This document shows, in pieces, positions 45,606-55,076 of a stretch of 64,000 bases of DNA. The stretch is from a virus. Its lineage: Duplodnaviria > Heunggongvirae > Uroviricota > Caudoviricetes. The notes beneath the pieces were generated by a model. It was given only the letters and a program-made list of their open reading frames with translations, did no database searches and was not told where the DNA came from. Both the position numbers and the translations under genes were made by a program. Location of the stretch: IMG/VR virus record IMGVR_UViG_3300028422_001686, one strand, 5' to 3'. Each line of letters starts with the position of its first letter. Position 1 is the stretch's first letter.

Positions 45606-45827
45606 ATGCTTGATAAAATTGTTAGTTTAATTGAGTCTACATCTAGGCTTGTTGATTCATTGAGTGAGTACTCAAAGGAAAGAGAAAGAGAAAGGCTTGA
45701 AGTGCTATATCAAGAGGCTAAGAAAAAAATTCTTAAGAAAAAAGTAATTAATTCTAAAGATTATTTAAAGTGTGAAGAGTTAGATAGCGCTTTGTTTTTC
45801 TTAAAAGAAGGGAAAGATGATGACTGA
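45606..45827 (+). CDS. hypothetical protein
   Basis: 73-aa ORF. Confidence 0.35.
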   Translation: MLDKIVSLIESTSRLVDSLSEYSKERERERLEVLYQEAKKKILKKKVINSKDYLKCEELDSALFFLKEGKDDD

Positions 45828-46005
45828 AGAAAAGATGAAACGATTATTTAGAGAGATATTTCATATGTTAAAATCTTCAGAGTATTCAGATGACTTAAAT
45901 ACTATCTTATTTGAAGTAGGGTCGAATAGAAAAGAGCTGGATGAAGCATTAGTCTATTTAAGTTGGACTGGAGAAGAAGATAGAATGGGGCAATAAGGAG
46001 ATTTT

Positions 46006-46521
46006 ATGATTTTGTCTTATGTAATTTGTTTTATTGCTATGCTGATAGCTCATTATATTGGGGATTATTTTCTTCAATCAAGAGAGGTCGCTGTAAATAA
46101 AAGTACAAGTACCAAACACATGTTTAGTCATTTTACTGATTTGTACTGTTCTTTCACATTGGCTTTTATTATTCTTGTAAGCATTGGTTTTCTTTTTAAT
46201 AGTCCTTGCTTTCTTAAAGCAGCAGATATAATGTTTTATATTGATCTTTTGTATTGTATTGTTCATGTTATTCAAGATACTTATATTTGGCGATTCTATA
46301 AAAAAGTAGTGATTAAAAGAGTTGAAAGAGGTTTAAGGTATGAGCCGGTAATTGGTTTAACAACCTTTGAAAAGAAAAGAACTGAAGCTTTGTCAGCTTT
46401 TTATTCAGATAAGTTGTATGCTGAAGATAAATTATTCTATGATTTTATTGGTCTAGATAATTTACTGCACATATTGACGTTAACTGGTTTAATTGGGGGT
46501 TTTTATGCATTGTTTAACTGA
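46006..46521 (+). CDS. hypothetical multi-pass membrane protein
   Basis: At least four hydrophobic segments. Confidence 0.45.
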   Translation: MILSYVICFIAMLIAHYIGDYFLQSREVAVNKSTSTKHMFSHFTDLYCSFTLAFIILVSIGFLFNSPCFLKAADIMFYIDLLYCIVHVIQDTYIWRFYKKVVIKRVERGLRYEPVIGLTTFEKKRTEALSAFYSDKLYAEDKLFYDFIGLDNLLHILTLTGLIGGFYALFN

Positions 46522-46670
46522 GGCTTTTGATGCAATATGTGAATCATTTGTAGGGCCATTTAGGGTGATGCATGACTTTGTAGATAAGTTCTATCACATT
46601 GTTACCTGTAAAGGGTTGACTTTAATTGAATCGTGACTATAATACCTTTTTAACATAAAGAGGAGAATTA

Positions 46671-46922
46671 ATGGATATTTTAATGAACCATAATATAGCA
46701 TACCCTTGCTATGTTTTAATTAAAGAAGAGGAAAACACTCTTATAGCAAATAGCGATGGTGTTGGTAAAGTTGCCTTACATCATCCAGATTCCTTTTTAA
46801 AGAAGGGGATGAAGGTTTACTTTAATAATTTAAAAAAAAGTTGTGTTGTCATAAATGGTGAATCATTTTTTGTGTTAAAGCAAGAAGACATCTATTTATA
46901 CGAAGAGGCTGGACATGAGTAA
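46671..46922 (+). CDS. putative co-chaperonin (GroES-like)
   Basis: 83 aa, directly upstream of and overlapping the GroEL-like gene. The segment VLIKEEENTLIANSDGVGKVALHHPD fits a GroES-type beta layout. The assignment rests on position and size. Confidence 0.3.
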   Translation: MDILMNHNIAYPCYVLIKEEENTLIANSDGVGKVALHHPDSFLKKGMKVYFNNLKKSCVVINGESFFVLKQEDIYLYEEAGHE

Positions 46923-48603
46923 GAAAAATGTAAGAACCGCTGAAACAAAAAGTGTTGTATCTCAGGGGCTATGTCTTCTAGAAGATATTGTCTGTGGAAC
47001 AATGGGGCCTGGTGGACGAAATGTTATTCTTGAAAATTCATCTGGCGCACCAGTGATTACAAAAGATGGTGTAACTGTTGCACAATCAGTACCTGACCTT
47101 GAAGACAATGAGTTGAATTTAATTGTTAGAATCATTAAAGAGTCAGCTGAAAAAACAAATAGAGAAGCTGGTGATGGAACTACTACTAGTATTTGTTTAA
47201 CACATGCAATTTATAATGCTGGTGTGGACATTATTGAGTCAAACAAAATAAAAAATGTTAATAAGCTAAAGAAAGAAATCAAGGATGGTGTTGATCTAAT
47301 TATTCAGAGTATTGATAAATACTTTAAAGTCGACATCGCAAACTTGCCTGATGAAGAAAAGAAAAAGTATCTTTATAGCATTGCAAATATCTCTTTAAAC
47401 GGAGATAAAAAGTATGCTTCATTAATTTCAGATGTAGTAGCAAAAGCTGGACTAACCTCAATGATTGCAGTTGAGGACGGTAAAGGGTACACAGATGAGT
47501 TAATTAAGATTGAAGGGATGCAGTTTAATAAAGGTTGGGTTTCACCTTACTTTAAACAGACTGAACAACAAAAAGAGATTTCATTAGATAATCCATATAT
47601 TTTTATGACAACTTTTGATCTCACAAGTACTGGGCAGTTGGGCCTTTTAGAAAAAGCACTTAACCCATTAATTGCTGGTGGCAAACAACTTTTAATCATT
47701 GCTCCAAATGTGAGTGGTGGACTTCTTAATAGTCTGATTGCAAACAATAAACAAAAGAATTTAGTAAACTGTGCTGTATTTGCTCCTTATTATGGGAACG
47801 TAAGAAAAGAGTTTATGCAAGATTTGGCAATTAGTACAGGTGCTACAATTATTGATCAAGCTGAAGGACACTCTCTTTCTAAGGTTGAAGTTAGCCATTT
47901 TGGTAAATGTGAAAGGGCAATTGTAACTGCTACTGGAACGTCAATTATTGGTGGAGCTGGAGATACTTCAAAGGTTAAAGCTAGAATTAACTTCTTAAAA
48001 GAGGAAGCTAAAAAAGTTAACCCCCATAATGACTTAGATAAGGTTCACGAAAGATTGGCTAAAATTGAAGGTGGAGCTTATGTTATACAGCTTGCTAATC
48101 AATCGTATATTGAAGGGTTAGAGCTTAAGCATAGAATTGAGGATGCTGTAAATGCATGTAAAGGTGCTCTTGAGGGTGGTATTGTTGCAGGTGGAGGAGC
48201 TACTTTGTTCGCCGCAGCTAAAACATCATTAGATTGTTCAATTCCTGGTCACCTTATTTTATCTAAAGCTTGTGAAGCCCCGATGGAAAAGATACTCTAT
48301 AATATTGGTGTTGATTTTTCAGATAGAAATGAGTTGTTACAATTCTTTTTAGATAAGCGCATTAGGTCATGGGAAAAAGAAAAAGAGTCTAAGCCTTTTT
48401 CAAGTACTTATACAATTTCCGAAAAGAACGATAAAGGTGTTAAGTTAAATGATGACTGTTTTGCTACAGGTGTTGTAGATCCAGCAAAAGTAACTAAACA
48501 TGCTCTTTCTAATGCAGCTTCAGTTTCAGCTACTTTATTAACTACTAATGGTATTATTTCCTCTATTCCTGAGGTAAATCCAATGCCATTTTCAATGTAT
48601 TAG
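46915..48603 (+). CDS. groL: GroEL-like chaperonin (Cpn60)
   Basis: The N-terminal LLEDIVCGTMGPGGRNVILENSSGAPVITKDGVTVAQSV matches the GroEL signature TLGPKGRNVVL...ITKDGVSVA. Length is 562 aa and the C-terminus ends in MY. Confidence 0.75.
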   Translation: MSKKNVRTAETKSVVSQGLCLLEDIVCGTMGPGGRNVILENSSGAPVITKDGVTVAQSVPDLEDNELNLIVRIIKESAEKTNREAGDGTTTSICLTHAIYNAGVDIIESNKIKNVNKLKKEIKDGVDLIIQSIDKYFKVDIANLPDEEKKKYLYSIANISLNGDKKYASLISDVVAKAGLTSMIAVEDGKGYTDELIKIEGMQFNKGWVSPYFKQTEQQKEISLDNPYIFMTTFDLTSTGQLGLLEKALNPLIAGGKQLLIIAPNVSGGLLNSLIANNKQKNLVNCAVFAPYYGNVRKEFMQDLAISTGATIIDQAEGHSLSKVEVSHFGKCERAIVTATGTSIIGGAGDTSKVKARINFLKEEAKKVNPHNDLDKVHERLAKIEGGAYVIQLANQSYIEGLELKHRIEDAVNACKGALEGGIVAGGGATLFAAAKTSLDCSIPGHLILSKACEAPMEKILYNIGVDFSDRNELLQFFLDKRIRSWEKEKESKPFSSTYTISEKNDKGVKLNDDCFATGVVDPAKVTKHALSNAASVSATLLTTNGIISSIPEVNPMPFSMY

Positions 48604-48610
48604 GTGATAT

Positions 48611-48841
48611 ATGATGACAGGTATTAGTGGGCTAATTTTATTAATAACTTTATATTCTCTTATTCTTGTTTTATATAAGATGCTTTCTACAAATCACTGG
48701 ACAACTGGAAAGAAAGTTCTTATTTCTTTTGTTGCTTCTGTGCTATGGTTACTACTTTTTCTAGATAGTACTGTAGTTATTGCGATGTCTCCGTTGTGTG
48801 TTACGTCGTTAGGCTTATGTATTCTTACCTTTAGGAGGTAG
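48611..48841 (+). CDS. small membrane protein
   Basis: Two transmembrane helices. Confidence 0.4.
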   Translation: MMTGISGLILLITLYSLILVLYKMLSTNHWTTGKKVLISFVASVLWLLLFLDSTVVIAMSPLCVTSLGLCILTFRR

Positions 48842-48843
48842 TA

Positions 48844-49098
48844 ATGGGATCACAAGTTACTGAACTCCTTGGCGTTTACGGTCAAGGAGGACTCACTGTT
48901 TTGTTAGCAGTTATTATTTATTTATTAGTTCGATTTTTCTGGATTGAATTAAAAAAGATAACTGATAAGCATGAAGAAGCCTATAAGAGTTTGGTTGGGC
49001 AGATGTTTGATGTTGTTAATAAAAACACTCAGTCGTCAACCCATTTAGCATCTACTATAGAGGGCTTGAAATCTTTTATAGAGTACAGGGAGAAGTAG
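48844..49098 (+). CDS. small membrane protein
   Basis: One transmembrane helix. Confidence 0.4.
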   Translation: MGSQVTELLGVYGQGGLTVLLAVIIYLLVRFFWIELKKITDKHEEAYKSLVGQMFDVVNKNTQSSTHLASTIEGLKSFIEYREK

Positions 49099-49344
49099 GT
49101 GGTTGAAACATTTCTTCAAAGTGTAGATAAGCGTCTTATAAGAAAGTATGGGAAAAAGTATTTAGAAACAAGCTTTGGCTTCTTTTCAGATAGTTTTAAA
49201 AACAACGATAGCACTACAGAGTTAATCGAAAGTATCGTAGGGTTAGAGTCATGCTTAACGTTGTTTAAAGCAAGAAATAATCTTACTAGTATTATTGCTG
49301 ATAAGATGAAAGTCGAATTAGAGGACTTTAAAAAGATACTTTAA
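49099..49344 (+). CDS. hypothetical protein
   Basis: 81-aa ORF. Confidence 0.35.
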   Translation: MVETFLQSVDKRLIRKYGKKYLETSFGFFSDSFKNNDSTTELIESIVGLESCLTLFKARNNLTSIIADKMKVELEDFKKIL

Positions 49345-49357
49345 CAAGGAGAATTTA

Positions 49358-49564
49358 GTGTATAAAATTATTATTCAACATTCAGATGATGATATTAAAG
49401 AGGTTCAATGGGGAAAGGAAGACTTAAAAACTGCTTCTATCCTAATTAGCTTTTATGGATTGAGAATAGATTATTTATTAACACTAGACTCTCATAGATT
49501 AAAAAAAGAGTTAGAGGACAAGGAGCTTCATCATGTCAAATCAATCTCAGGATTTCATATGTAG
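49358..49564 (+). CDS. hypothetical protein
   Basis: 68-aa ORF. Confidence 0.35.
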   Translation: MYKIIIQHSDDDIKEVQWGKEDLKTASILISFYGLRIDYLLTLDSHRLKKELEDKELHHVKSISGFHM

Positions 49565-49751
49565 CTGCTGTAAAAAAGAAGTAGGTGAACTTTATTCAGC
49601 AAGTGAATATAAGGATTTTGAACCTAAAAATACGCCTGAAGAAGAAAAATTAAGACTAAAAAGGAATATTTTTGCTTTAAAAAATGTAGATAAGTGGTTT
49701 TGTCTAACATGTTTTGAAAGTGGAATATCACATACTAGAGTAAAATTTTAG
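49533..49751 (+). CDS. hypothetical Zn-ribbon protein
   Basis: CSCC...CLTC motif. Confidence 0.35.
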   Translation: MSNQSQDFICSCCKKEVGELYSASEYKDFEPKNTPEEEKLRLKRNIFALKNVDKWFCLTCFESGISHTRVKF

Positions 49752-49791
49752 GATAAATGTAAACATTTAGATATTTTTTACTTTTTAGTAT

Positions 49792-50025
49792 TATGTAAAT
49801 TACATTCCCCTGAAACAGGGTAAGTGATTCCTTCAGGAATGCTTGTACGGGTATCACTAATCGATCACCCTCCCCAGCATTCCACCAGGAATCACATCCC
49901 CTCCCGTCTATAGACGGGAAGGTTTCAGGGGATAGTAATTTACCAGGTGGCCAGATCCAAAACCGGTACCCGAGACGGATACCTGCTGGCCGCCTGACCC
50001 TTTTAGGGTTAATAGAAACTGGAGT
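49792..50025 (+). ncRNA. GC-rich, highly structured non-coding element (candidate ncRNA or cis-regulatory leader)
   Basis: A 10-bp long-range helix CCCCTGAAAC...GTTTCAGGGG encloses two ATTCC-N4-GGAAT hairpins and a CCCGTC-TATA-GACGGG hairpin. An 11-bp helix CAGGTGGCCAG/CTGGCCGCCTG follows. There is no ORF and GC content is well above the flanks. Confidence 0.4.
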
Positions 50026-50030
50026 TTTTT

Positions 50031-50228
50031 ATGATAAGGATGTTTAATATTCTTCTTGGAAAAGTATTCAATAAGTATTGTGATTCTAACATGATAGGGC
50101 TATGTCATGAGTGTTTTGCTATACTTAAAGACAACAATGTTGCATATTGTAATTTATGTAAAAAACACGTTTATAAATATCGTCTTATAGTTAAAACTAT
50201 TATTAAGGGAATCTTTTATGACAAATAA
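50031..50228 (+). CDS. hypothetical Cys-rich protein
   Basis: 65-aa ORF. Confidence 0.35.
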   Translation: MIRMFNILLGKVFNKYCDSNMIGLCHECFAILKDNNVAYCNLCKKHVYKYRLIVKTIIKGIFYDK

Positions 50229-50469
50229 AATTTCTGTTTGTGCAGATGGGGTAAAAGTAAAATATGAAATAATCGGCGGGAAAGAAGTTCCTGTTTTTAT
50301 TATTCCTCCTGGAATGTCTAGTTTGAGTCCAGAGCAATTAAAAGAGATGGAAGAAATAGATAACCGAGTTATTAAGAAAAAAGAAAAAGAAGAGGAAAGA
50401 ACTATTCCTGATGAAGATGATTTTGAAGGTTGGCAAGATTATGAGCCAGAGGATTATCAATGGGACTAA
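50218..50469 (+). CDS. hypothetical acidic protein
   Basis: 83-aa ORF. Confidence 0.4.
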   Translation: MTNKISVCADGVKVKYEIIGGKEVPVFIIPPGMSSLSPEQLKEMEEIDNRVIKKKEKEEERTIPDEDDFEGWQDYEPEDYQWD

Positions 50470-51104
50470 AGCATTTAGACATTTTTGTAATTGGTGATTG
50501 TCATTTTGGACATGAAGCCATTATCGATTATGCAAATAGACCCTTTATTAACCTAAAAGAAATGCATGATGTTTTAATTTATCAGTGGAATAAAAAGGTA
50601 AAGAAAGATGATATTGTTTTTATTTTAGGTGATCACGCTTTTTCTTATTTAAAGAAAACGGAAATAAAAGAAATTAATAGCAAATTAAATGGTAAAAAGA
50701 TCCTTGTAAAGGGGAATCATGACAAAGTGAGCGGCATAGTTAATGCTATTAATCAAGGATATGATTTAGTGGTAAATGAAGTATGCCTAGCTTATGGTGG
50801 AATTAATTTTAGATTGTCTCACTTCCCTAAAAGGTCGTTTTGGTATCAAATTAAGACTTCCATTAAATCCCTGTTATTTCCTAAAAAATTTAGAAGAGAG
50901 TATTATCTAGCAGATAAATTTCATGATAAAAGACCTCAATATTGGGACGGCAATAAGTGGGTTATTCATGCACATACACATTCTAAAAATAAAATTAATG
51001 TAGACTTAAGATCTGTATGTGTTTCAGTGGAAGCATGGGACTATTCGCCAACTAATATGAATGAAGTTGTTAGTTTAATAAAAGAAAATAGTAAGTCAAA
51101 ATAG
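50460..51104 (+). CDS. metallophosphoesterase (second copy)
   Basis: The four metallophosphatase motifs are present: VIGDCHFGH, ILGDHAF, GNHDK and AHTHS. Confidence 0.65.
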   Translation: MGLKHLDIFVIGDCHFGHEAIIDYANRPFINLKEMHDVLIYQWNKKVKKDDIVFILGDHAFSYLKKTEIKEINSKLNGKKILVKGNHDKVSGIVNAINQGYDLVVNEVCLAYGGINFRLSHFPKRSFWYQIKTSIKSLLFPKKFRREYYLADKFHDKRPQYWDGNKWVIHAHTHSKNKINVDLRSVCVSVEAWDYSPTNMNEVVSLIKENSKSK

Positions 51105-51142
51105 AGGGTGACTTACTAGTTTTATATATCAAAGGAGAATTT

Positions 51143-51511
51143 ATGGAAAGTAGAAGTAAAATTAAAACAGGCGATGTTTATCAAATTCGCAAAAGCGGAA
51201 GAAACTACATTGCTATCGGTAAAGCAAAAGACAATGCAGGAAATGTTTACATTTGTTCTGTGTTAAATGGAAATGTTAATCCAGATGGAACTATGAAAGT
51301 TTATACAAACAGAAAGCCATCTATTCATTTTCATAAAGCACGTAATGTGTATCGTGTTCATTCTACACGTGAAGTTGATTACGGGACTTTTGTAAGTGCA
51401 AATCCAAAGATGGTTAAGTTGGTACGTCCTATGGCTCAAAATACTGGCGTAGAGATTGTTTCACCAAACATTCCATATCAATTGAAAAATCTATTTAAAA
51501 TTGTAAGCTAG
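51143..51511 (+). CDS. hypothetical protein
   Basis: RBS AAGGAGAA upstream of a 122-aa ORF. Confidence 0.45.
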   Translation: MESRSKIKTGDVYQIRKSGRNYIAIGKAKDNAGNVYICSVLNGNVNPDGTMKVYTNRKPSIHFHKARNVYRVHSTREVDYGTFVSANPKMVKLVRPMAQNTGVEIVSPNIPYQLKNLFKIVS

Positions 51512-51553
51512 TTGTTTCAACTATCTATAATTAAGTAGATTTTATTATTTCTT

Positions 51554-51900
51554 TTACCAGCTAACTTTCAGGGACCAGGAATCCTTTCAGATCATGATTG
51601 TGAACAATCTCTCCTGAATGAATCCCAGGACCCTTCAGTAGCTGGTAAAAATTGTAAACTTGGTCAGGAGGAGGTAACTCCTCCTGAAAAAGTTTTTTTC
51701 TATTTTAAAAAAAATCTGTAGTTATATTTAATGACAGTAAGAAGTATCTTCTTATTTTTAAATACTTACTACTGTCAAACATGTTAACGTAAACATCTCA
51801 TCCTTCACTAATCGTTCGGAAGGAGATGTTAACGTTTACATGTTTGGATCCTTCAGGATGTCTTCAGTCATCCTGGAGGATCACCCCTTGGGGTGATTAT
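51554..51900 (+). other. ~350-bp non-coding region packed with long inverted repeats and hairpins
   Basis: Five elements are present. First, a perfect 10-bp outer stem TTACCAGCTA/TAGCTGGTAA (51554 and 51639) enclosing repeated GGACC-N-TTCAG units. Second, the hairpin CAGGAGGA-GGTAAC-TCCTCCTG (51665-51686). Third, an imperfect hairpin at 51735-51774. Fourth, a 22-bp inverted repeat (20 of 22 paired) AACATGTTAACGTAAACATCTC...GAGATGTTAACGTTTACATGTT (51778-51844). Fifth, the hairpins GGATCCTTCAGGATG...CATCCTGGAGGATC and ATCACCCC/GGGGTGAT (51846-51899). Confidence 0.5.
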
Positions 51901-51958
51901 AATTAGTTATTTTATGACACAATGTTGTGTCTATATTTGTTGCTATAAGGAGGAAACT

Positions 51959-52132
51959 ATGGCACGTGTACTTTATTTTGAAGGTCAAGAACTTCCACTA
52001 CAAGACGGTATGACTATTGATGAAGCTAAAGAATGGGCTCAGGTAGTATTTCCAGGTCTTGAATCTGCTGAAGGCTATGAAGATGAAGACGGAAACTACG
52101 TCTTCACAAAGAAAGCCGGAACTAAAGGGTAG
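51959..52132 (+). CDS. small protein ending in Gly; candidate ubiquitin-like (beta-grasp) protein
   Basis: 57 aa, ending in the C-terminal residues ...KKAGTKG. The strong RBS AAGGAGGAAACT lies just upstream of the ATG. It is the first gene downstream of the structured region and upstream of the E2/JAB/E1 genes. It is absent from the ORF track at this start. Confidence 0.35.
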   Translation: MARVLYFEGQELPLQDGMTIDEAKEWAQVVFPGLESAEGYEDEDGNYVFTKKAGTKG

Positions 52133-52207
52133 TTAATACCCTTAGACATTTATTTACTTTATAGCCTTTTGTATTAAAGGATTTTAAATTATTAATTAGG
52201 AGGGACT

Positions 52208-52483
52208 ATGTCATTAGGTCTAACTTTATTTAATTCATTAAAAGAGAGTAAGGAGCTAGAAAACATTATCCCTCTAGAGTACTCAAAAGTAGTGGCAGAT
52301 CTGGCCGATGTGTCAGACTGCCAACAACTAGAAAAATTAATGGGTGAAATAACCCTATTCGATATAATCGATAAATATAAAGATAGTGAATCATCTCTAG
52401 TCTTTCAAAAGAAAAGAATGAGAGACATCTATCATAGGCTGCTAAGGCTTGAAGCCGTTCCAGGAATCTGTAATTTTATATAA
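52208..52483 (+). CDS. hypothetical protein
   Basis: RBS AGGAGGGA upstream of a 91-aa ORF. Confidence 0.45.
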   Translation: MSLGLTLFNSLKESKELENIIPLEYSKVVADLADVSDCQQLEKLMGEITLFDIIDKYKDSESSLVFQKKRMRDIYHRLLRLEAVPGICNFI

Positions 52484-52495
52484 TAGGAGAATAAT

Positions 52496-53278
52496 ATGTT
52501 AAATAACGTTTTGAGTAAAGATGTACAAAATAAATTGTTAATCTCTTATTATTATTCATTTGGAAGATCGCTAGGTTTGTTATCTGCAAAAAGAGGAATA
52601 AAAAGCGATGCTTTATGGAAAATCATTAAAGCTTTAATGAATAAAGCTTTGCCCTTTATTCCTGTATCTAAAGAAAGAAACTCTGATTGTATGTTAATAT
52701 CCATACAGAAAGGTCTAACTGGATACATGGTCTCATTAAGAGCTATGATAAGAAATTTAATTTCACAAAGAGATCCTACTTATTGGAGGAGTGAGGATAG
52801 AACTCTACCAAATAAAAGCCACATGATTACTGGCCCAGATAAGCTTCATGTATTAAGTAAAAAACTTCTTAAGTTCATGTATGGTGATGATTACAAGAAA
52901 CATTTTCCAACTCTTATCATCCCTAACTTTTTAACTCAGACGGAGACATGGACTTCTGCTCTTCGAGCTGATTTTGTAAATGTATATAAGGTTCTTAATG
53001 AACCATGCATTAAGGGCTTACAAAAGATAAATACAGATGAAATGAAACAAAATCTGAATGTAGGAATAAAAAAAGCCTATATTTCAATGATTCGGCATTC
53101 GTTACTTCAAGCATTAAGGCATGATACTCATGCAGTAATAAAGGATGCTAATAATAATTTTAAAAATGTTACTGAAACTACAGCTGAATTAGCAGAGGAT
53201 GGTGAAGGAAAGGTTAGTGCTTTTCCCAATCAACTAAGATCTAGCTATTACCTATATACAGACAGGAGTACAACATGA
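52496..53278 (+). CDS. hypothetical protein (upstream member of the E2-JAB-E1 operon)
   Basis: 260-aa ORF, translationally coupled to the E2-like gene. Confidence 0.45.
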   Translation: MLNNVLSKDVQNKLLISYYYSFGRSLGLLSAKRGIKSDALWKIIKALMNKALPFIPVSKERNSDCMLISIQKGLTGYMVSLRAMIRNLISQRDPTYWRSEDRTLPNKSHMITGPDKLHVLSKKLLKFMYGDDYKKHFPTLIIPNFLTQTETWTSALRADFVNVYKVLNEPCIKGLQKINTDEMKQNLNVGIKKAYISMIRHSLLQALRHDTHAVIKDANNNFKNVTETTAELAEDGEGKVSAFPNQLRSSYYLYTDRSTT

Positions 53279-54009
53279 GTTTATGCAATATTGAAATAAA
53301 TGAAAGCTCAGCAATCTTAACATATAAAGAGCACCATAGAATGGCTGCTGTAACTTCTAAGTCAATTGACATTGCTGATTTAGGTAAGGTTCTGGCGGCT
53401 AATGTTGAGATGGATAGTGGACTTATTTATACTCCTCCAACCATGCAAATTAAGAGGTATATGAAGAAAGGTTCTTCAGAAATGGTTTTAATTGAAGAAG
53501 CTCCAAGAAAACGAAAAATAAAGCATTACGACTGTGGCGAGCTTGAAATTATGCTTCCTAGACTAGTCTATGGAATCCTACATAACTCTCAATTGTCTGG
53601 AAGATCTGCCTTGAACATGAGAATTGGAACGGTTAAGGGTCCTATAATAACTGGTAAAGAGCCAATTTACCGGTTCTTTTTTCCAAATGTATATGATACT
53701 GGAACTATTTGTTGGGGTTATTCAAGAGATAGAAATGAGGATTCCTTAAATTCTATTACTTATGCTTTAGCTTTGATTGAATCTTTTTGGGGTGGGGTAT
53801 CTAATAATGATTTATATAGATCTCCATTGGCAGATACAGATAGAATAAAAAGTGACAAGTTAGGTCTTGATTATTGTGACAAGTATTTAAAATATATTGC
53901 GACACTAGATCAGTATCCAGAGGAGTTTATTCATTCTCCTCTAAGTTCAAAAGTTGGATTTTCAGTAAACAATTTCTGTAGCCTAGTGTTAGGAAACTCG
54001 GGAGAATAG
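53275..54009 (+). CDS. E2-like (UBC-fold) ubiquitin-conjugating-enzyme homolog
   Basis: FFPNVYDTGTICWGY resembles the UBC active-site motif HPN-x(5-8)-G-x-IC, with a candidate catalytic Cys. Gene order matches Bil-like operons. Confidence 0.5.
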   Translation: MSLCNIEINESSAILTYKEHHRMAAVTSKSIDIADLGKVLAANVEMDSGLIYTPPTMQIKRYMKKGSSEMVLIEEAPRKRKIKHYDCGELEIMLPRLVYGILHNSQLSGRSALNMRIGTVKGPIITGKEPIYRFFFPNVYDTGTICWGYSRDRNEDSLNSITYALALIESFWGGVSNNDLYRSPLADTDRIKSDKLGLDYCDKYLKYIATLDQYPEEFIHSPLSSKVGFSVNNFCSLVLGNSGE

Positions 54010-54011
54010 TC

Positions 54012-55064
54012 ATGGGAAAAAAAGAAGATTTTTTAAAGTCAGTTATAAACTACCATTGTGGTGAATCAAAAGATACAGTTATTAATCCATTCTTTAATTA
54101 TATAGTTCAATCTGACGGTGACTACTATGTAGAAAAGAATTCAATTGGAACTTTTGTTGCGAAAGTTCTTGAAGTAAAAGATGGTGAAAAATTACGCCCA
54201 GGCCTTCCTGTAGAATACAAGGGGTCCTTTGTAGATTTTTCTCTTCCTAAAATTCCTGAAGATATTTTTTATCAAATTTTAGGCTTTTTTCAAGCTATTG
54301 CTCACGATATGGGTGATTCAGAAGCCTTTATACAAATTTATTATGACAAAACTAATAATGAATATCAGGTTGTAGTACCCAAGCAAACAGTATCTAAAGC
54401 TTCTGTAAACTATGATAGAGACAAGGATTTACATATTTTATATCCTTCTCGATATATTCTAGTTATGGATATCCACAGCCATAATAGTATGCCTGCTTTC
54501 TTTTCTGGAACTGATAATAGAGATGAAAAGTGTACAAGGTTTTATGGTGTTTTAGGTAAGGTTTGCAGTGATCAAATTGAAGAAAAATATAGATTTGTTT
54601 TAAAAGGAAGAGAAGTTCTTTTAAATAGATCTGACATTTTTGATGTTAAAGAAAAAACTGCTGTATTTCCCACTAATTGGAAAGATTCAATAAGTAAGTA
54701 TACCCAGCCCGCTGTGACAGCTGGTCCAACTCGTTATCCAGGAACATACAACTTTCCTACTACAGGAAGAGAAACATTTGACGACCTTAATGATTATTGG
54801 CCAAATGACAGTCTAGTTAACCCTAATACTGGGGAGCTAAGTTCGTATGATGGATATAATGATAGTTATGATTCATCGAATATGAAGTATTATGAAGGTA
54901 GTGATCAAATTGTAGACATGATCAAATATACAAATAACGATAATTGGACAGATCGTGATTATAGAAAAGTAATTTCAAATATCTTCTCATATTATTATGA
55001 GGAAGCCCCTGATGTTTTTCACGAATATATGGAAGTTTATTGTGAAGAACCTGACGGAGAATAG
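54012..55064 (+). CDS. JAB/MPN (JAMM) metallopeptidase, deubiquitinase-like
   Basis: HSHNSMPAFFSGTD matches the JAMM motif H-x-H-x7-S-x2-D exactly. Confidence 0.65.
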   Translation: MGKKEDFLKSVINYHCGESKDTVINPFFNYIVQSDGDYYVEKNSIGTFVAKVLEVKDGEKLRPGLPVEYKGSFVDFSLPKIPEDIFYQILGFFQAIAHDMGDSEAFIQIYYDKTNNEYQVVVPKQTVSKASVNYDRDKDLHILYPSRYILVMDIHSHNSMPAFFSGTDNRDEKCTRFYGVLGKVCSDQIEEKYRFVLKGREVLLNRSDIFDVKEKTAVFPTNWKDSISKYTQPAVTAGPTRYPGTYNFPTTGRETFDDLNDYWPNDSLVNPNTGELSSYDGYNDSYDSSNMKYYEGSDQIVDMIKYTNNDNWTDRDYRKVISNIFSYYYEEAPDVFHEYMEVYCEEPDGE

Positions 55065-55076
55065 AAAGAGGTAAAA

